A stretch of 64,000 nucleotides of DNA, from the IMG/VR virus record IMGVR_UViG_3300036770_005357; one strand, 5' to 3'. Below, piece after piece: positions 41,801-52,246 of this stretch. The DNA comes from a virus (taxonomy: Duplodnaviria; Caudoviricetes). Under the pieces are notes generated by a model. It was given only the letters and a program-made list of their open reading frames with translations. It was not told where the DNA came from and did no database searches. Position 1 is the first letter of the stretch. Each line of letters starts with the position of its first letter. The position numbers were made by a program, and so were the translations under genes.

Positions 41801-42871
41801 ACTACTACCACTTGTACCGCTGCTACCAGATGATCCATTTTCACCACTTGTTCCACTTGAACCAGATGTTCCGCTTGTACCGGAAGATCCAGATGAACCA
41901 CTGCTACCAGATGATCCACTGCTACCGGAACTACCACTTGTACCACTGCTGCCAGATGATCCATTTTCACCACTTGTTCCACTTGATCCGGATGTTCCAC
42001 TTGATCCGGAAGAACCACTACTTCCACTTGATCCGGATGTACCACTTGATCCACTACTACCACTAGTACCATTTTCACCACTGCTGCCTGATGTACCACT
42101 TGAACCACTAGAACCGGATGTTCCACTTGATCCGGAAGAACCACTACTTCCACTTGTACCACTTTCACCACTACTACCACTACTACCATTTTCACCCGAT
42201 GTACCGCTGGTACCATTACTACCTGTAACTTGTCTTAAACCACCTCTTGTGGCTAATGCGTATCCACTTATAGGACTTATGAATGTAAATCTTGCGTGGT
42301 TATTATCTAATAATGTGGTTGTAGATGGTAAGATATATTGATCTGAAGTATTGAATGCTTGTACAATTACTTCTTTTGCACCTAAACTATGTGTAAAGTT
42401 CCATACACTTTGATTTGTAAAACTTTGTACGATACTATTACCGAAATTGGTTGCGTAACTTGATGAATATGTGAATAGTGCCCAACTACTTGTTATAGGG
42501 TAAGTGCTACCCGTAGTGAGTGTTGTACCACCACTACTAGCATTTAATGCATAACTTGCTGTAAGTGCCCAACTACTTGTTATGGGATACAAGCTACCAG
42601 TATTTAATGTAGTTCCACCATTTAAAGCATATATAGCCCAACTCGCTGTAATTGGATATGTACTACCTGTATATAAGGTACCGCCTATTGTTCTTTTACC
42701 TACATTATTATTACCGTCCAGTGTTAAAAACTCTGTATTTGAAGAAACTGTGGGTATATTGGTTAATTTAACACGGGAAGATGTAACTCCCAACAATACA
42801 TTCAATGATCCGGATAAAAAAAGTGATCCTGTGACTGTTGGATTTAATATTTGCGGTGAGTCTATTTTCAT
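38873..42871 (-). CDS. fibre protein: HNLG module, Gly-X-Y (GSS/GTS) tract, ~44 14-aa repeats, C-terminal chaperone-like domain
   Basis: Translation; C-terminus PI.VTG.V..GDYIVTS.K.GHG...K.I..ALE. Confidence 0.85.
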   Translation of the reverse strand: MKIDSPQILNPTVTGSLFLSGSLNVLLGVTSSRVKLTNIPTVSSNTEFLTLDGNNNVGKRTIGGTLYTGSTYPITASWAIYALNGGTTLNTGSLYPITSSWALTASYALNASSGGTTLTTGSTYPITSSWALFTYSSSYATNFGNSIVQSFTNQSVWNFTHSLGAKEVIVQAFNTSDQYILPSTTTLLDNNHARFTFISPISGYALATRGGLRQVTGSNGTSGTSGENGSSGSSGESGTSGSSGSSGSSGTSGSSGSSGTSGSSGENGTSGSSGSSGTSGSSGSSGSSGSSGTSGSSGTSGENGSSGSSGTSGSSGSSGSSGSSGSSGSSGTSGTSGSSGTSGENGSSGSSGTSGSSGTSGTSGSSGTSGSSGSSGTSGSSGTSGSSGTSGSSGTSGSSGSSGTSGSSGSSGTSGSSGTSGSSGTSGSSGSSGTSGSSGSSGTSGSAGTSGTSVAVSGTTNTIVKFTSSTTIGDTVTPIFESGSRIGIGTTSPAAIFHVSGSSATSIIDGVRIGRGGGDIVTNTVVGNSAFINNTTGYKNSAFGDLALASNTSGRNNCAFGFSALNRNLIGLNNNAFGVSALYSNQSDHNNAFGYYALQYNSSGQKNNAFGNFTLNNNQNGEHNNAFGFSAIKGGAGNIKNNAFGNYALYGGGGTGNNVFGYKALSTGGNGNYNNAFGYRALSYTIGNNNNGFGFKALYNNTTDNNNAFGYSALANNTTGTFNSAFGHRALNNNTFGNYNSAFGHNALISNTTGIRNSAFGAYALSKNTSGTLNTAFGSAALTENLIGSNNNAFGRNALRNNTTNNNNAFGYQSLTANTTGVNNSAFGHQTLASNTTGFRNSAFGHVALASNTTGYGNSAFGYRAFQRRSGGLNNSAFGAFAMYQSGSVNNICAFGYGSLKNINAGSNNAFGFRTLYNNTAGAANNAFGTEALRGSALGAATGGNNNAFGFRALYTNSTGAKNNAFGSSVLRNNTTGANNNAFGYYALRSNTSGVNNAAFGHQTLQLNTIGSNNNAFGLKALYNNTTNNNNSFGYLALASNTTGTNNSAFGHTTLQNNTIGSKNSAFGREALFSQTTGADNSSFGAYSLRSTTTGLENTAVGQSSGYDVTTGRTNTILGFNTGRGITTGNYNTILGANVTSLSATLANNIILADGQGNRRVNVDSNGNVGIGTTSPSFRLQVSGSIAPVGDGVYALGGPSNRFSDIYVVQTTVGGILEANLRTRDLAQLATGTIVVWKYNGCAPCEIDEDELVMGVAKNGRDEPIVLGAEPILVTGKVEIGDYIVTSKKKGHGKAVKRGSIFKKDLFGKVIAQALEAGEGESYIIKAMIRKM

Positions 42872-42948
42872 CTGTTATATAAATAGTAACTATAAATATT
42901 CAATAACCAATCTTATTATTGATATTCTTTATAACAATTCATTTATTA

Positions 42949-43674
42949 TTACAATCCAAATCTAGTTTTAACCGCGGAATAATTTTGTGAAATTTCTGTC
43001 GATGTTAATTCTCTATTATATAGTTGAAACGAATAAATAGTACCTTTGAAATAAACTTGTCCAGACGTTCCAAATGCTAGACGCATTTGTTGTCCATTAA
43101 CATTCAACATTGTTCCATTAAAAAAAGTAGCTGAATTTTCTAAATTATTGTTAATATATATTTTAGCAGTCGCAGTTGTTGTATTATTAAATGTAGCTGA
43201 AACCATAACATTTGTACCAAAATTAATACTTGTTGTTCCAAATAGTTGATAAAAAGTACCACCAGCAGTTTTTGCGGCAAATTCAAGTTTTTGTGTTCCA
43301 CCACCATTATTGAATTGAAAATAAGGAACAATTGGATTTCCGCTTGCATCACAAATAGCAAAAAAAGGAATGCTTCCCAAAGCATACGACATGTTTAACC
43401 AAACACAACAACTAAAACCATTAAGATTTAAATTATTAGAACTAACTGTACCAACACTTATATAATCATTAGTACCATCAAAAACTATACCGCCACCGTT
43501 ACTTGCATTAAACGATGGACCGTTAGTCAAAGTTCCATTGTTACTTTTACCACTTAAATCTGTCCAAGTTGTTGCACCACCTTGTGCATAAGATCTTAAT
43601 TGTGCAGCATCATAGTTAATCAACAATCCACTTGTTACTATTTGTATACCACTTGCTGTTGCTCCTCTATACAT
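42949..43674 (-). CDS. LamG/concanavalin A-like lectin-domain protein
   Basis: IVTSGLLINYDAA...W.DLSG..NNGTL.NGP.F...IVFDGTNDY ... LYNRELT..EI.QNY.A.K.RFGL. Confidence 0.8.
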   Translation of the reverse strand: MYRGATASGIQIVTSGLLINYDAAQLRSYAQGGATTWTDLSGKSNNGTLTNGPSFNASNGGGIVFDGTNDYISVGTVSSNNLNLNGFSCCVWLNMSYALGSIPFFAICDASGNPIVPYFQFNNGGGTQKLEFAAKTAGGTFYQLFGTTSINFGTNVMVSATFNNTTTATAKIYINNNLENSATFFNGTMLNVNGQQMRLAFGTSGQVYFKGTIYSFQLYNRELTSTEISQNYSAVKTRFGL

Positions 43675-43679
43675 AAAAT

Positions 43680-46600
43680 TTACGCGCTTAAGTTACCAAA
43701 CATATACCATTCATTGGTACCTACTTTAACCAAACTTGCTACACCATATCTAGCATTTATTTTATACCAGTTGTTTGCTGTTCTTAATTGAACACCGCCA
43801 CCTGAACTACCTGTTATTGTGGTTTGACCTGCACCATATTGTACAATATCTACTTTGGTACCTACTTTGAATGCTACTTGTGCATTTGTGGGTACATTCA
43901 CCGTATTAGCTGTAGCTACATTCATTTCAATAAGTTTACTTGCATCTGAAAGTGACATTGTATAGTTACCTGTTCTTCTATTGAATGTTGCATAATCTGT
44001 AAGTGAACCGCTTACTTCTAATTTAGATGATGGATTTGTTGTACCTATACCAATTTTACTTCCGGTTTCAAATATAATACTATTACCTACAGCTGTTGTA
44101 CTTGTAAATTTAGCGACATAGTTGGTTGTACCTGATACTGTACCACTTCCACCACCGCCTGCGCTAGCGAGTGCGTATGAAGCGGTACCAAAGAATCTGC
44201 CTTTACCATTGGTTGTAAACATGTTACTACCAGATACTCTAGTAGCATATAAACTACCATTCACTTCTAATGGATAAGCAGGACTCGTCGTTCCTATACC
44301 TACATTACCATTGCTAATTATAGACAATTTATAAGAATTGTTAGTATATAGATGTAATGGATTAGCTCCTATTGTACCCACTTCAAATGTTGTTGATGAA
44401 GCTAATATACTACCAATTCTCGTACCAGATACACCCATATCAAAATAAGGACTTTGACCTGTGTTTGAATTGATTTCAATACCGGCACTTGAACCTGATA
44501 TACCTAAAACTTTACCGTAATTTCTAGCAAAAATATCAGGACTACTTGTACCTATACCTACATTACCACCAAACACTTTATTAAATGATGTTTGTAAACT
44601 ATCTTCGGATATACTTGTTGCAAATGTTGTAATAGATCCACTATCAAATGTAGAATACCGGCTATTACCAAAAACATCGGTTTGTATAGTCCAATTGCTA
44701 TCTTGCAAATAACCATCATCACCATTTAGTTCAATATAAAGATTTCCAGCAGTTGCACTAGAAGCAGATACATACGAATTTACAACGACATTACCAACTT
44801 TTTCAACGGTTGTTAAATTAGTATTAAAATTATATGTATAACCTGAATATCCAACATAATCTAAATAATTTACACCCGAAGCATTATCTGCCATTGCTAT
44901 GGCTTTTACTTTAACAATAAAATCAGCACCGGCACCTGCTTTTGTAAACGGTATAGTTATTCTTATAGGATTATTTGTAGTTACAGTATTGACTTTACTA
45001 TAAATAATTGTTGAATCTAAAGTCATCAATCCAGCAACATGTAATTTGTTTTTTGGACTTGTTGTTCCTATACCTATATTACCATCACTTTTAATATATA
45101 ACATCGCTGCGGTTGTTTCAGCGTCGGCAGAAAATCTTATATTACTTGTTCCACCATAACCGGTTTTTATATTCAAATCGTTATCAGATCCATGATTAAC
45201 ACTATTATAATATCCATACCACCCTTTAAATGTACCGGATGCATTCATTAAACCTAAATGAGCATTTACACCCTTTATGTTAATTGTACCTACAGATCCC
45301 GCACCAGTACCTACAACTTGAAGTAAAGTACTTGGACTACTTGTACCTATACCAACATTACCATCACTGGCAACCCTCATTTTTTCAGTACCATTAGTTC
45401 CCATCGTCATAATGTTTGAAGCGTTTAATACCAAATTATTACCCATTCTAATTTGAGTATTTGTGACGGGCCCTTGAATTGTACTTTCGTCTTCTGATAA
45501 TTTTATTGCAGCTACTCCACCGGAATTTGATTGAACTATATGTAATTTAGCACTCGGACTTGTTGTGCCTATACCAACACTACTACCTGTAAGAGTCATT
45601 ACTATAGTACTCGCATTACCAGTATAGAAATTTAATCCTCTATCAGCACTACCAATCGTTTGTATATATGACATCTTGGTAGTATCAGAACCCATTTCAA
45701 CAGAATAAGAATTACTACTATTACCAGATATTCGTATAGCTTTTTGACCAGCACCATATATTTGAAGACCACCACCAGCTATAGTTGGACTTGTTGTACC
45801 TATACCTATATTACCGCCTGTTGTTGATGTTAAATTAATATTACCACTTCCATTATAAATGTATAGAGTTTCATCACTCGCAAACCTAATTGCTGCACCA
45901 TCATGTTGTCCTATCCAAAATTCTCTGCCTAGAGTTGTGATTAATGCCGATCCACCAGCAACTGACGCTGCATTATAAGAACCACCTCCGATTGATGGTA
46001 TATATCTGATATAGCTAGTATTATCTTCTACAGTCAAAGCAAATAAATCACTTATTACAGTTCCCGTATATACATTTAATTTAGCAGCAGGACCTGTTGT
46101 ACCTATACCTACATTGCCATCAGCAGCAATTCTTAACCTTTCACTACAAGTTCCACCGGATGTAGTGTAAAACTTCATATGACTTGGTGCACCACTTGCA
46201 GTAGATGAACTTACTACCAAAAAGGCACTTCCAGTCAAATTATTTGGCGCGCCATTTAATGGTCCCAGTGTACCAATATTACCAAATGCTATAGTATTGT
46301 TACCATTAGCAGCATTTGCAACGAACAAATTACCTTTTAAATCTAATTTTGTAGCAGGACTTGTTGTACCTATACCAACATTACCACCACTAGTAACGCG
46401 TAACTTTTCACTAAATGTTCCCGATGAATTTGCTGTATGTATTCTAAATGTGCCACTTTCGTCACCTGCCGTACTATTTTCTTTTACACCATCAATTGCA
46501 ACGAAATGTGCTACAGCACTATTAGAAGTTTTGTATCCCTTGAACAGTATTGCACCACCAACATTTGTAGTAGCATTTGCTGTATCTCTCAATACCAATG

Positions 46601-47696
46601 TACCAGCGTTTGTGGATGAATAAGTTTTTCCAGTTGCACCTACTACATCCAAAATACATTCAGGACTTGTTGTGCCTATACCTACATTACCATCACTTTT
46701 TATACGAACTCTTTCTGATAAATTTGTTTGAATTGATATAAAACCTGTATCATTATTTACTAAATAAAAATCTGTGCTATATTTTTGTATATAAGAATTA
46801 CCGTTACTATTTCTTAAAGCGCATATAGCATCACTAGGACCATACATTTCAATCAAAGCACGATTACTTACGGGATATATAAGTGATGTTGTACCTACAC
46901 CTATATTACCCATAAATAATGCTGCGGGTACTGTAGCTGATCCAGTAATGTGCAATTTAGCTATGGGACTACTTGTGCCTATACCTACATTGCCACCACC
47001 TAAAACGGTCATTACGGTAACATTATTACTACTTCCTCTGAAAATTGTTGCTCCGTCATTGGCTGTGGTTATATAATTTGAACCAGCATTTAAATAATTT
47101 AAATGTGTAATGTAAGCAGCTGCAGAACTTATTCGTACTTCTCCTGAACTTACTTCCAATTTAGCAGCGGGACTACTTGTGCCTATACCTACATTACCAT
47201 TTGTATCAATTCTAGCTTTTTCAGTTGCATTTGTTTGAAAAGCCAAAGATTTACTAGACAAACCGCCTACAATTGCTACATTAGTATCCCATGTTAAATA
47301 ACCATAATTTGCACCCGATCCCCAATACATTACACCATCGCCTGTCAAAACAAATTGACTAATACCACTTCCTAGTATCCTAAATCCGTCACTTGTAGAT
47401 GAAGCCACTACTTCTAATTTGTAAGCAGGACTTGTTGTGCCTATACCGATATTACCACTGTTGTCATAAATTACACTATTACCTAAATTTGAGGTAGAAG
47501 TGAATTTGGGAACATAATTTGTGGTACCGGAAATATTTTTGACACTACCGCTTAAACTGCCAGTGAAGCTGGCAGCTTTGAGAGTACCTGTATAAGTTAG
47601 ATTGCTGCCTGTTAGCATCAATCTTTGTTGGGTATTGCTACCGTCTTGGAATGTTATTAGTTTACTTCCGGGCGTTATTACGATATCATTTGGCAT
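43680..47696 (-). CDS. fibre protein with many GNVGIGTTSP repeats and a C-terminal tip domain
   Basis: More than ten GN(V/I)GIGT(T/S)SP units; C-terminal TGNYT.....SKLIEMN...GTKVDIVQYGAGQ. Confidence 0.85.
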   Translation of the reverse strand: MPNDIVITPGSKLITFQDGSNTQQRLMLTGSNLTYTGTLKAASFTGSLSGSVKNISGTTNYVPKFTSTSNLGNSVIYDNSGNIGIGTTSPAYKLEVVASSTSDGFRILGSGISQFVLTGDGVMYWGSGANYGYLTWDTNVAIVGGLSSKSLAFQTNATEKARIDTNGNVGIGTSSPAAKLEVSSGEVRISSAAAYITHLNYLNAGSNYITTANDGATIFRGSSNNVTVMTVLGGGNVGIGTSSPIAKLHITGSATVPAALFMGNIGVGTTSLIYPVSNRALIEMYGPSDAICALRNSNGNSYIQKYSTDFYLVNNDTGFISIQTNLSERVRIKSDGNVGIGTTSPECILDVVGATGKTYSSTNAGTLVLRDTANATTNVGGAILFKGYKTSNSAVAHFVAIDGVKENSTAGDESGTFRIHTANSSGTFSEKLRVTSGGNVGIGTTSPATKLDLKGNLFVANAANGNNTIAFGNIGTLGPLNGAPNNLTGSAFLVVSSSTASGAPSHMKFYTTSGGTCSERLRIAADGNVGIGTTGPAAKLNVYTGTVISDLFALTVEDNTSYIRYIPSIGGGSYNAASVAGGSALITTLGREFWIGQHDGAAIRFASDETLYIYNGSGNINLTSTTGGNIGIGTTSPTIAGGGLQIYGAGQKAIRISGNSSNSYSVEMGSDTTKMSYIQTIGSADRGLNFYTGNASTIVMTLTGSSVGIGTTSPSAKLHIVQSNSGGVAAIKLSEDESTIQGPVTNTQIRMGNNLVLNASNIMTMGTNGTEKMRVASDGNVGIGTSSPSTLLQVVGTGAGSVGTINIKGVNAHLGLMNASGTFKGWYGYYNSVNHGSDNDLNIKTGYGGTSNIRFSADAETTAAMLYIKSDGNIGIGTTSPKNKLHVAGLMTLDSTIIYSKVNTVTTNNPIRITIPFTKAGAGADFIVKVKAIAMADNASGVNYLDYVGYSGYTYNFNTNLTTVEKVGNVVVNSYVSASSATAGNLYIELNGDDGYLQDSNWTIQTDVFGNSRYSTFDSGSITTFATSISEDSLQTSFNKVFGGNVGIGTSSPDIFARNYGKVLGISGSSAGIEINSNTGQSPYFDMGVSGTRIGSILASSTTFEVGTIGANPLHLYTNNSYKLSIISNGNVGIGTTSPAYPLEVNGSLYATRVSGSNMFTTNGKGRFFGTASYALASAGGGGSGTVSGTTNYVAKFTSTTAVGNSIIFETGSKIGIGTTNPSSKLEVSGSLTDYATFNRRTGNYTMSLSDASKLIEMNVATANTVNVPTNAQVAFKVGTKVDIVQYGAGQTTITGSSGGGVQLRTANNWYKINARYGVASLVKVGTNEWYMFGNLSA

Positions 47697-47710
47697 ATAT
47701 TATAAATATT

Positions 47711-50700
47711 TTATAATTCGGGTACAAGTTTAGGTATATCTTTTCTTTCAGCGACTACATAATAGTAACAATTTATTGGGGTATTATTGTTATTATTTAT
47801 TAAGATAGTATTATCACTTATATTTTCTACATAAAGTTCTTGATAAGATTTTATTGGCGTCAATGTCACTGTTATAGTATCACTATGTACTAAATAAGGC
47901 CAATAATCAGGTAGTTCTATAACATTATTATTTTCTAATTTACCACGCACAAATACTGTATGCTCAGGCGACTCAGTTACACCATGTACAAGCCACTTGA
48001 CACTCTTAGCAGGATCAGGATGCTTAATCACGAAACTCTTCGTCGTAGCACCAAAACTACCACTCACTTGTAATCTGTAGCCAGGAGCACTAGTGCCAAT
48101 ACCTACACTGCCATTACCTTTAACAACCAATAAACTGTTGCCCGAATGATCTTCAACAGATAAAGCATAGTTTGATGAATGTTCTCTTATTCTTACACCA
48201 GCAGATGAAGCAGAAACATTTGCAGCGGTTAAATTGTTTAATCTTTCAAATAATCCTACATTGGCTTTGCCAGGACTACCATTGGCTTCTACAACATAAC
48301 ATACAGGAGTAGTTGCACTAGCAGCATTTCTATATAATTTAAGTATTGAAGCATTGGACGATCCACTCACTTCAAGTCTGCCAGTAGGACTTGTTGTGCC
48401 TATACCAACATTTCCTCCATTAGGATTTAACAACAAAGGATAATTAGCAGATAAACTTGTTTCGTCGGTAGATTGTAACCACGCACCGGCGCCACCGCTT
48501 CGTATACCAATATCTAGTACAGCATTATCATTTGTATTACTAATTCTAATTATGCCATTTTGAGAAGTACCCGTTGTTGCTGGATTTCCAACAGCCCCGT
48601 CTATATGAAATTTTTGAACGGGACTACTTGTACCTATACCTACATTACCATTTTCTTGTACTCTGAATAATTCTGTACCAGATTTTACTGCATTATTTTG
48701 TACAATAAATGCTTTATTTGTATCATTATCATTACTATCAATACTTACATAAACATTTCCGGCACTTGATAGATACAAACTATTATTAGACGATGCATCT
48801 TGAGCAACAGTAAGATCATAACTGTTATCTCTCTTTAGATAAATAAATTGATTAGCTGCATCATTTCCAAAATAAAGTTCACCGGCCAAAGCAGTTGATG
48901 CGAGTAATGCTGAACCAGAAACTACACTTAATTTTTGTGTAGGCGATGTTGTGCCTATACCTACATTGCCGGTACGAATTATAGTTAATGCATTAATAGA
49001 TCCTTCTTCGTAACGAATTATAAATTCACCATTGCTACTTGGATCTGCATTGCGAATAGACCAACGATAACCCGTATTTGATCCTAATGTTAATTTTGGA
49101 TCATAAGTTGCATCACCTAATAAAACTAAATTACTATTATAAAAAGTTGAATCTATTCCGCCTCTTATTCTAGTACTGCCTACCACTTCCAATTTAGCAG
49201 CAGGACTTGTTGTGCCTATACCTATATTACCAGCACTATTAACCCGCATTTTTTCGGTAGCACCTGTAATGTCTTTTATTATAAAATTAGTACCTAAAAA
49301 AATATAATCGGCAGCATAAGAATAAAAATCATTATAACCCGGACTTCCACCTCTATTAAAAGATTGAATAAAGTTTGATCCAATTTCTATATTTTGTGTA
49401 CTACCATTACTTATTACTAATTTCTCTTGAGGGTTTGTTGTTCCTACACCTACATTACCACTACTATTGATACGCATTTTTTCAGCCGGATTTGATGGAT
49501 GTTCCCGGGTAAAAAATCTCAAGTAAGTACTTACATTTCCAGATGTTGAGTTTTCTTTTCCACCATGTATTATTGCGCCTGTATTAAGATCAACACCGTT
49601 ATATAAATTGCCAAATGAAATACCACCACCAATATCAGTTGCTACGGTACTTGTTGAGTCAACGCTTAGTATATTTGATGGATAAACCGAACTAAATAAA
49701 GTACCGTTAACATGTAATTTTTGACCGGGACTTGTTGTGCCAATACCAACATTACCATTGCTGCCAGTAATACGCATTCTTTCAGTACCATTAAATCCAA
49801 ATAAAATACTACCAGCATCATTTCTTATCACGAAATCATTTGTATTTCCACCAGCGGCGCCTAAATAATTACCACCAACACCAATTACAGCTTTGCTTGA
49901 ACCTGCTTTCTTAAAATTAATCTTAGGACCGGCAGTAGAAGGATTATCAGCACTTGCTGCTATATCCAATAATTCAGCAGGACTACTTGTACCAATACCA
50001 ACATTACTGCCGTTATCATATATAACACTGTCACCCAATTTATTTCCAGCAGTTGCTTTTGGTACATAATTGGTTGTTAAATCAACATTATTATTTGGAC
50101 CGGTTATTAGTTTATTTTGACTATTTGTTGCGGTACTACCACTTACAAAGAAATAATTACCAAAACTGTCCCACAATATGCTACTTTTAGCCGTACTACC
50201 ACTGTCATTCATTTCTATACCAGCATAACGCTTATAAGGACTTAAAGCGTTAAGTGTAATGATATTATCACCAATTACAACTTTGCTGCTGGTAATATAA
50301 ACATAACTAGCACTCAATATTGTACTAGCACCGGTTACACTCAAATTACCATTTACAGTTAATGTAGTACCATCAAATGTCAAATTACTCTCTACAGTAG
50401 CACTACTGCCAAATCCATTGTAAGTTACAACACCATTATTTGTAGATCCAGTCAGTGCCAATGTACCATTCACTCCACTCGTACCAGCACTTCCACTTGA
50501 ACCTGATGTACCTGAACTACCAGATGAACCAGTTGAACCAGACGACCCAGATGATCCTGATGTACCACTTGAACCACTTGTACCGGAACTACCACTTGTA
50601 CCAGATGAACCTGATGTACCCGAACTACCGGATGATCCTGATGTACCACTTGAACCACTTGTACCGGAACTACCACTTGTACCAGCAGAACCGCTTGTAC

Positions 50701-52165
50701 CGGAACTACCGCTTGATCCACTACTACCAGATGATCCCGATGTTCCACTTGATCCACTTGTACCGGATTCACCGCTGCTACCAGATGAACCACTACTACC
50801 AGATGATCCCGATGTACCACTTGATCCACTACTACCGGATGATCCTGATGTACCACTTGAACCACTTGTACCGGATTCACCGCTGCTACCAGATGAACCA
50901 CTACTACCAGATGATCCCGATGTACCACTTGAACCACTTGTACCAGATTCACCGCTTGATCCACTACTACCGGATGATCCTGATGTACCACTTGAACCAC
51001 TTGTACCGGATTCACCGCTGCTACCAGATGAACCACTACTACCAGATGATCCCGATGTTCCACTTGATCCACTCGTACCGGATTCACCGCTGCTACCAGA
51101 TGAACCACTACTACCAGATGATCCCGATGTTCCACTTGAACCACTTGTACCGGAACTACCGCTTGATCCACTACTACCAGATGATCCCGATGTTCCACTT
51201 GAACCACTTGTACCGGAACTACCGCTTGATCCACTACTACCAGATGATCCCGATGTTCCACTTGATCCACTCGTACCGGAACTACCGCTTGATCCACTAC
51301 TACCAGATGATCCCGATGTTCCACTTGATCCACTCGTACCGGATGATCCTGATGTACCACTTGAACCAGAACTTCCGCTGGTACCACTCGTACCACTTGA
51401 ACCTGCTGGAGTTGCTGTAGACTTATAAATGTTACCGGTTGAATCGTCTACAGTTAAATAATATCCCGTTGCATTCGTACTCAATGATGTTAATTGAGCA
51501 TTGCTCGCCGTTACATAACCACTTATTAATGTATTCTGACCAATCGTCACTACTATACCATCGTCACTTATACTGCTATTATTTATTTGATTACCAGCAA
51601 CAGCTTTAGGAATATAATTTACAGTCAAATTACTAACATTATCCGGACCCAAAATCAACTTGTTCTGACTATTTGTTGCGGTACTACCACTTATAAAAAA
51701 ATAATTGCCTAAACTATCCCATAATATGCTACTCTTAGCACTGCTTCCACTGTCATACATCTCCATACCAGCATAACGCTTATATGGACTATAAGCATTA
51801 AGTGTAATAATGTTATCACCAATTACAACCTGACTGCTTGTAAAATATATGTAACTAGCACTTACCGAAGTCAATGTACCATTTACAAATAAATTTCCAT
51901 TGATTATAGCTCCACTAGCAGTAATATTACCGCCTTTTAAATTTGAAACAATATAAGAATAACTGCTTGAAATTGAATTGTTACTCCAACTACTTGTTAT
52001 GGGATAAGTACTGCCTGTATATATTTTTGTACCACCACTACCAGCATTCAACGCAAAACTTGCGGTAATTGCTTTACTAGCAGTAGCATACATTATATTT
52101 TTGCTAAAGAAGCTACTAGAAAGATGTAGTGATCCGGATACAAATATTGGGCCGTAAATGTTCAT
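47711..52165 (-). CDS. fibre protein: duplicated ~100-aa module, ~310-aa GSS tract, GNVGIG repeats, C-terminal chaperone-like domain
   Basis: Translation; C-terminus TKSFVIKHP...L.HG..ESPE..V..RG...IELPDYW..LV. Confidence 0.85.
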   Translation of the reverse strand: MNIYGPIFVSGSLHLSSSFFSKNIMYATASKAITASFALNAGSGGTKIYTGSTYPITSSWSNNSISSSYSYIVSNLKGGNITASGAIINGNLFVNGTLTSVSASYIYFTSSQVVIGDNIITLNAYSPYKRYAGMEMYDSGSSAKSSILWDSLGNYFFISGSTATNSQNKLILGPDNVSNLTVNYIPKAVAGNQINNSSISDDGIVVTIGQNTLISGYVTASNAQLTSLSTNATGYYLTVDDSTGNIYKSTATPAGSSGTSGTSGSSGSSGTSGSSGTSGSSGTSGSSGSSGSSGSSGTSGSSGTSGSSGSSGSSGSSGTSGSSGTSGSSGSSGSSGSSGTSGSSGTSGSSGSSGSSGSSGESGTSGSSGTSGSSGSSGSSGSSGESGTSGSSGTSGSSGSSGSSGESGTSGSSGTSGSSGSSGSSGSSGESGTSGSSGTSGSSGSSGSSGTSGSSGSSGSSGSSGESGTSGSSGTSGSSGSSGSSGSSGTSGSAGTSGSSGTSGSSGTSGSSGSSGTSGSSGTSGSSGTSGSSGTSGSSGSSGSTGSSGSSGTSGSSGSAGTSGVNGTLALTGSTNNGVVTYNGFGSSATVESNLTFDGTTLTVNGNLSVTGASTILSASYVYITSSKVVIGDNIITLNALSPYKRYAGIEMNDSGSTAKSSILWDSFGNYFFVSGSTATNSQNKLITGPNNNVDLTTNYVPKATAGNKLGDSVIYDNGSNVGIGTSSPAELLDIAASADNPSTAGPKINFKKAGSSKAVIGVGGNYLGAAGGNTNDFVIRNDAGSILFGFNGTERMRITGSNGNVGIGTTSPGQKLHVNGTLFSSVYPSNILSVDSTSTVATDIGGGISFGNLYNGVDLNTGAIIHGGKENSTSGNVSTYLRFFTREHPSNPAEKMRINSSGNVGVGTTNPQEKLVISNGSTQNIEIGSNFIQSFNRGGSPGYNDFYSYAADYIFLGTNFIIKDITGATEKMRVNSAGNIGIGTTSPAAKLEVVGSTRIRGGIDSTFYNSNLVLLGDATYDPKLTLGSNTGYRWSIRNADPSSNGEFIIRYEEGSINALTIIRTGNVGIGTTSPTQKLSVVSGSALLASTALAGELYFGNDAANQFIYLKRDNSYDLTVAQDASSNNSLYLSSAGNVYVSIDSNDNDTNKAFIVQNNAVKSGTELFRVQENGNVGIGTSSPVQKFHIDGAVGNPATTGTSQNGIIRISNTNDNAVLDIGIRSGGAGAWLQSTDETSLSANYPLLLNPNGGNVGIGTTSPTGRLEVSGSSNASILKLYRNAASATTPVCYVVEANGSPGKANVGLFERLNNLTAANVSASSAGVRIREHSSNYALSVEDHSGNSLLVVKGNGSVGIGTSAPGYRLQVSGSFGATTKSFVIKHPDPAKSVKWLVHGVTESPEHTVFVRGKLENNNVIELPDYWPYLVHSDTITVTLTPIKSYQELYVENISDNTILINNNNNTPINCYYYVVAERKDIPKLVPEL

Positions 52166-52246
52166 ATAGTTACTACTGCTAAGTACACTATATAATTATA
52201 ATAAACATAACCAATTGTAATGGATTAATTTTAACGATATTAATAC

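Noticed and set aside
41352-42341. 329-aa + strand PLVPD-repeat ORF, and VVQV- or YHL-rich ORFs at 41509, 50455, 50470, 52624 and 1407
   Set aside because: Antisense or alternative-frame shadows of Gly/Ser/Thr repeat tracts, which lack stop codons in other frames
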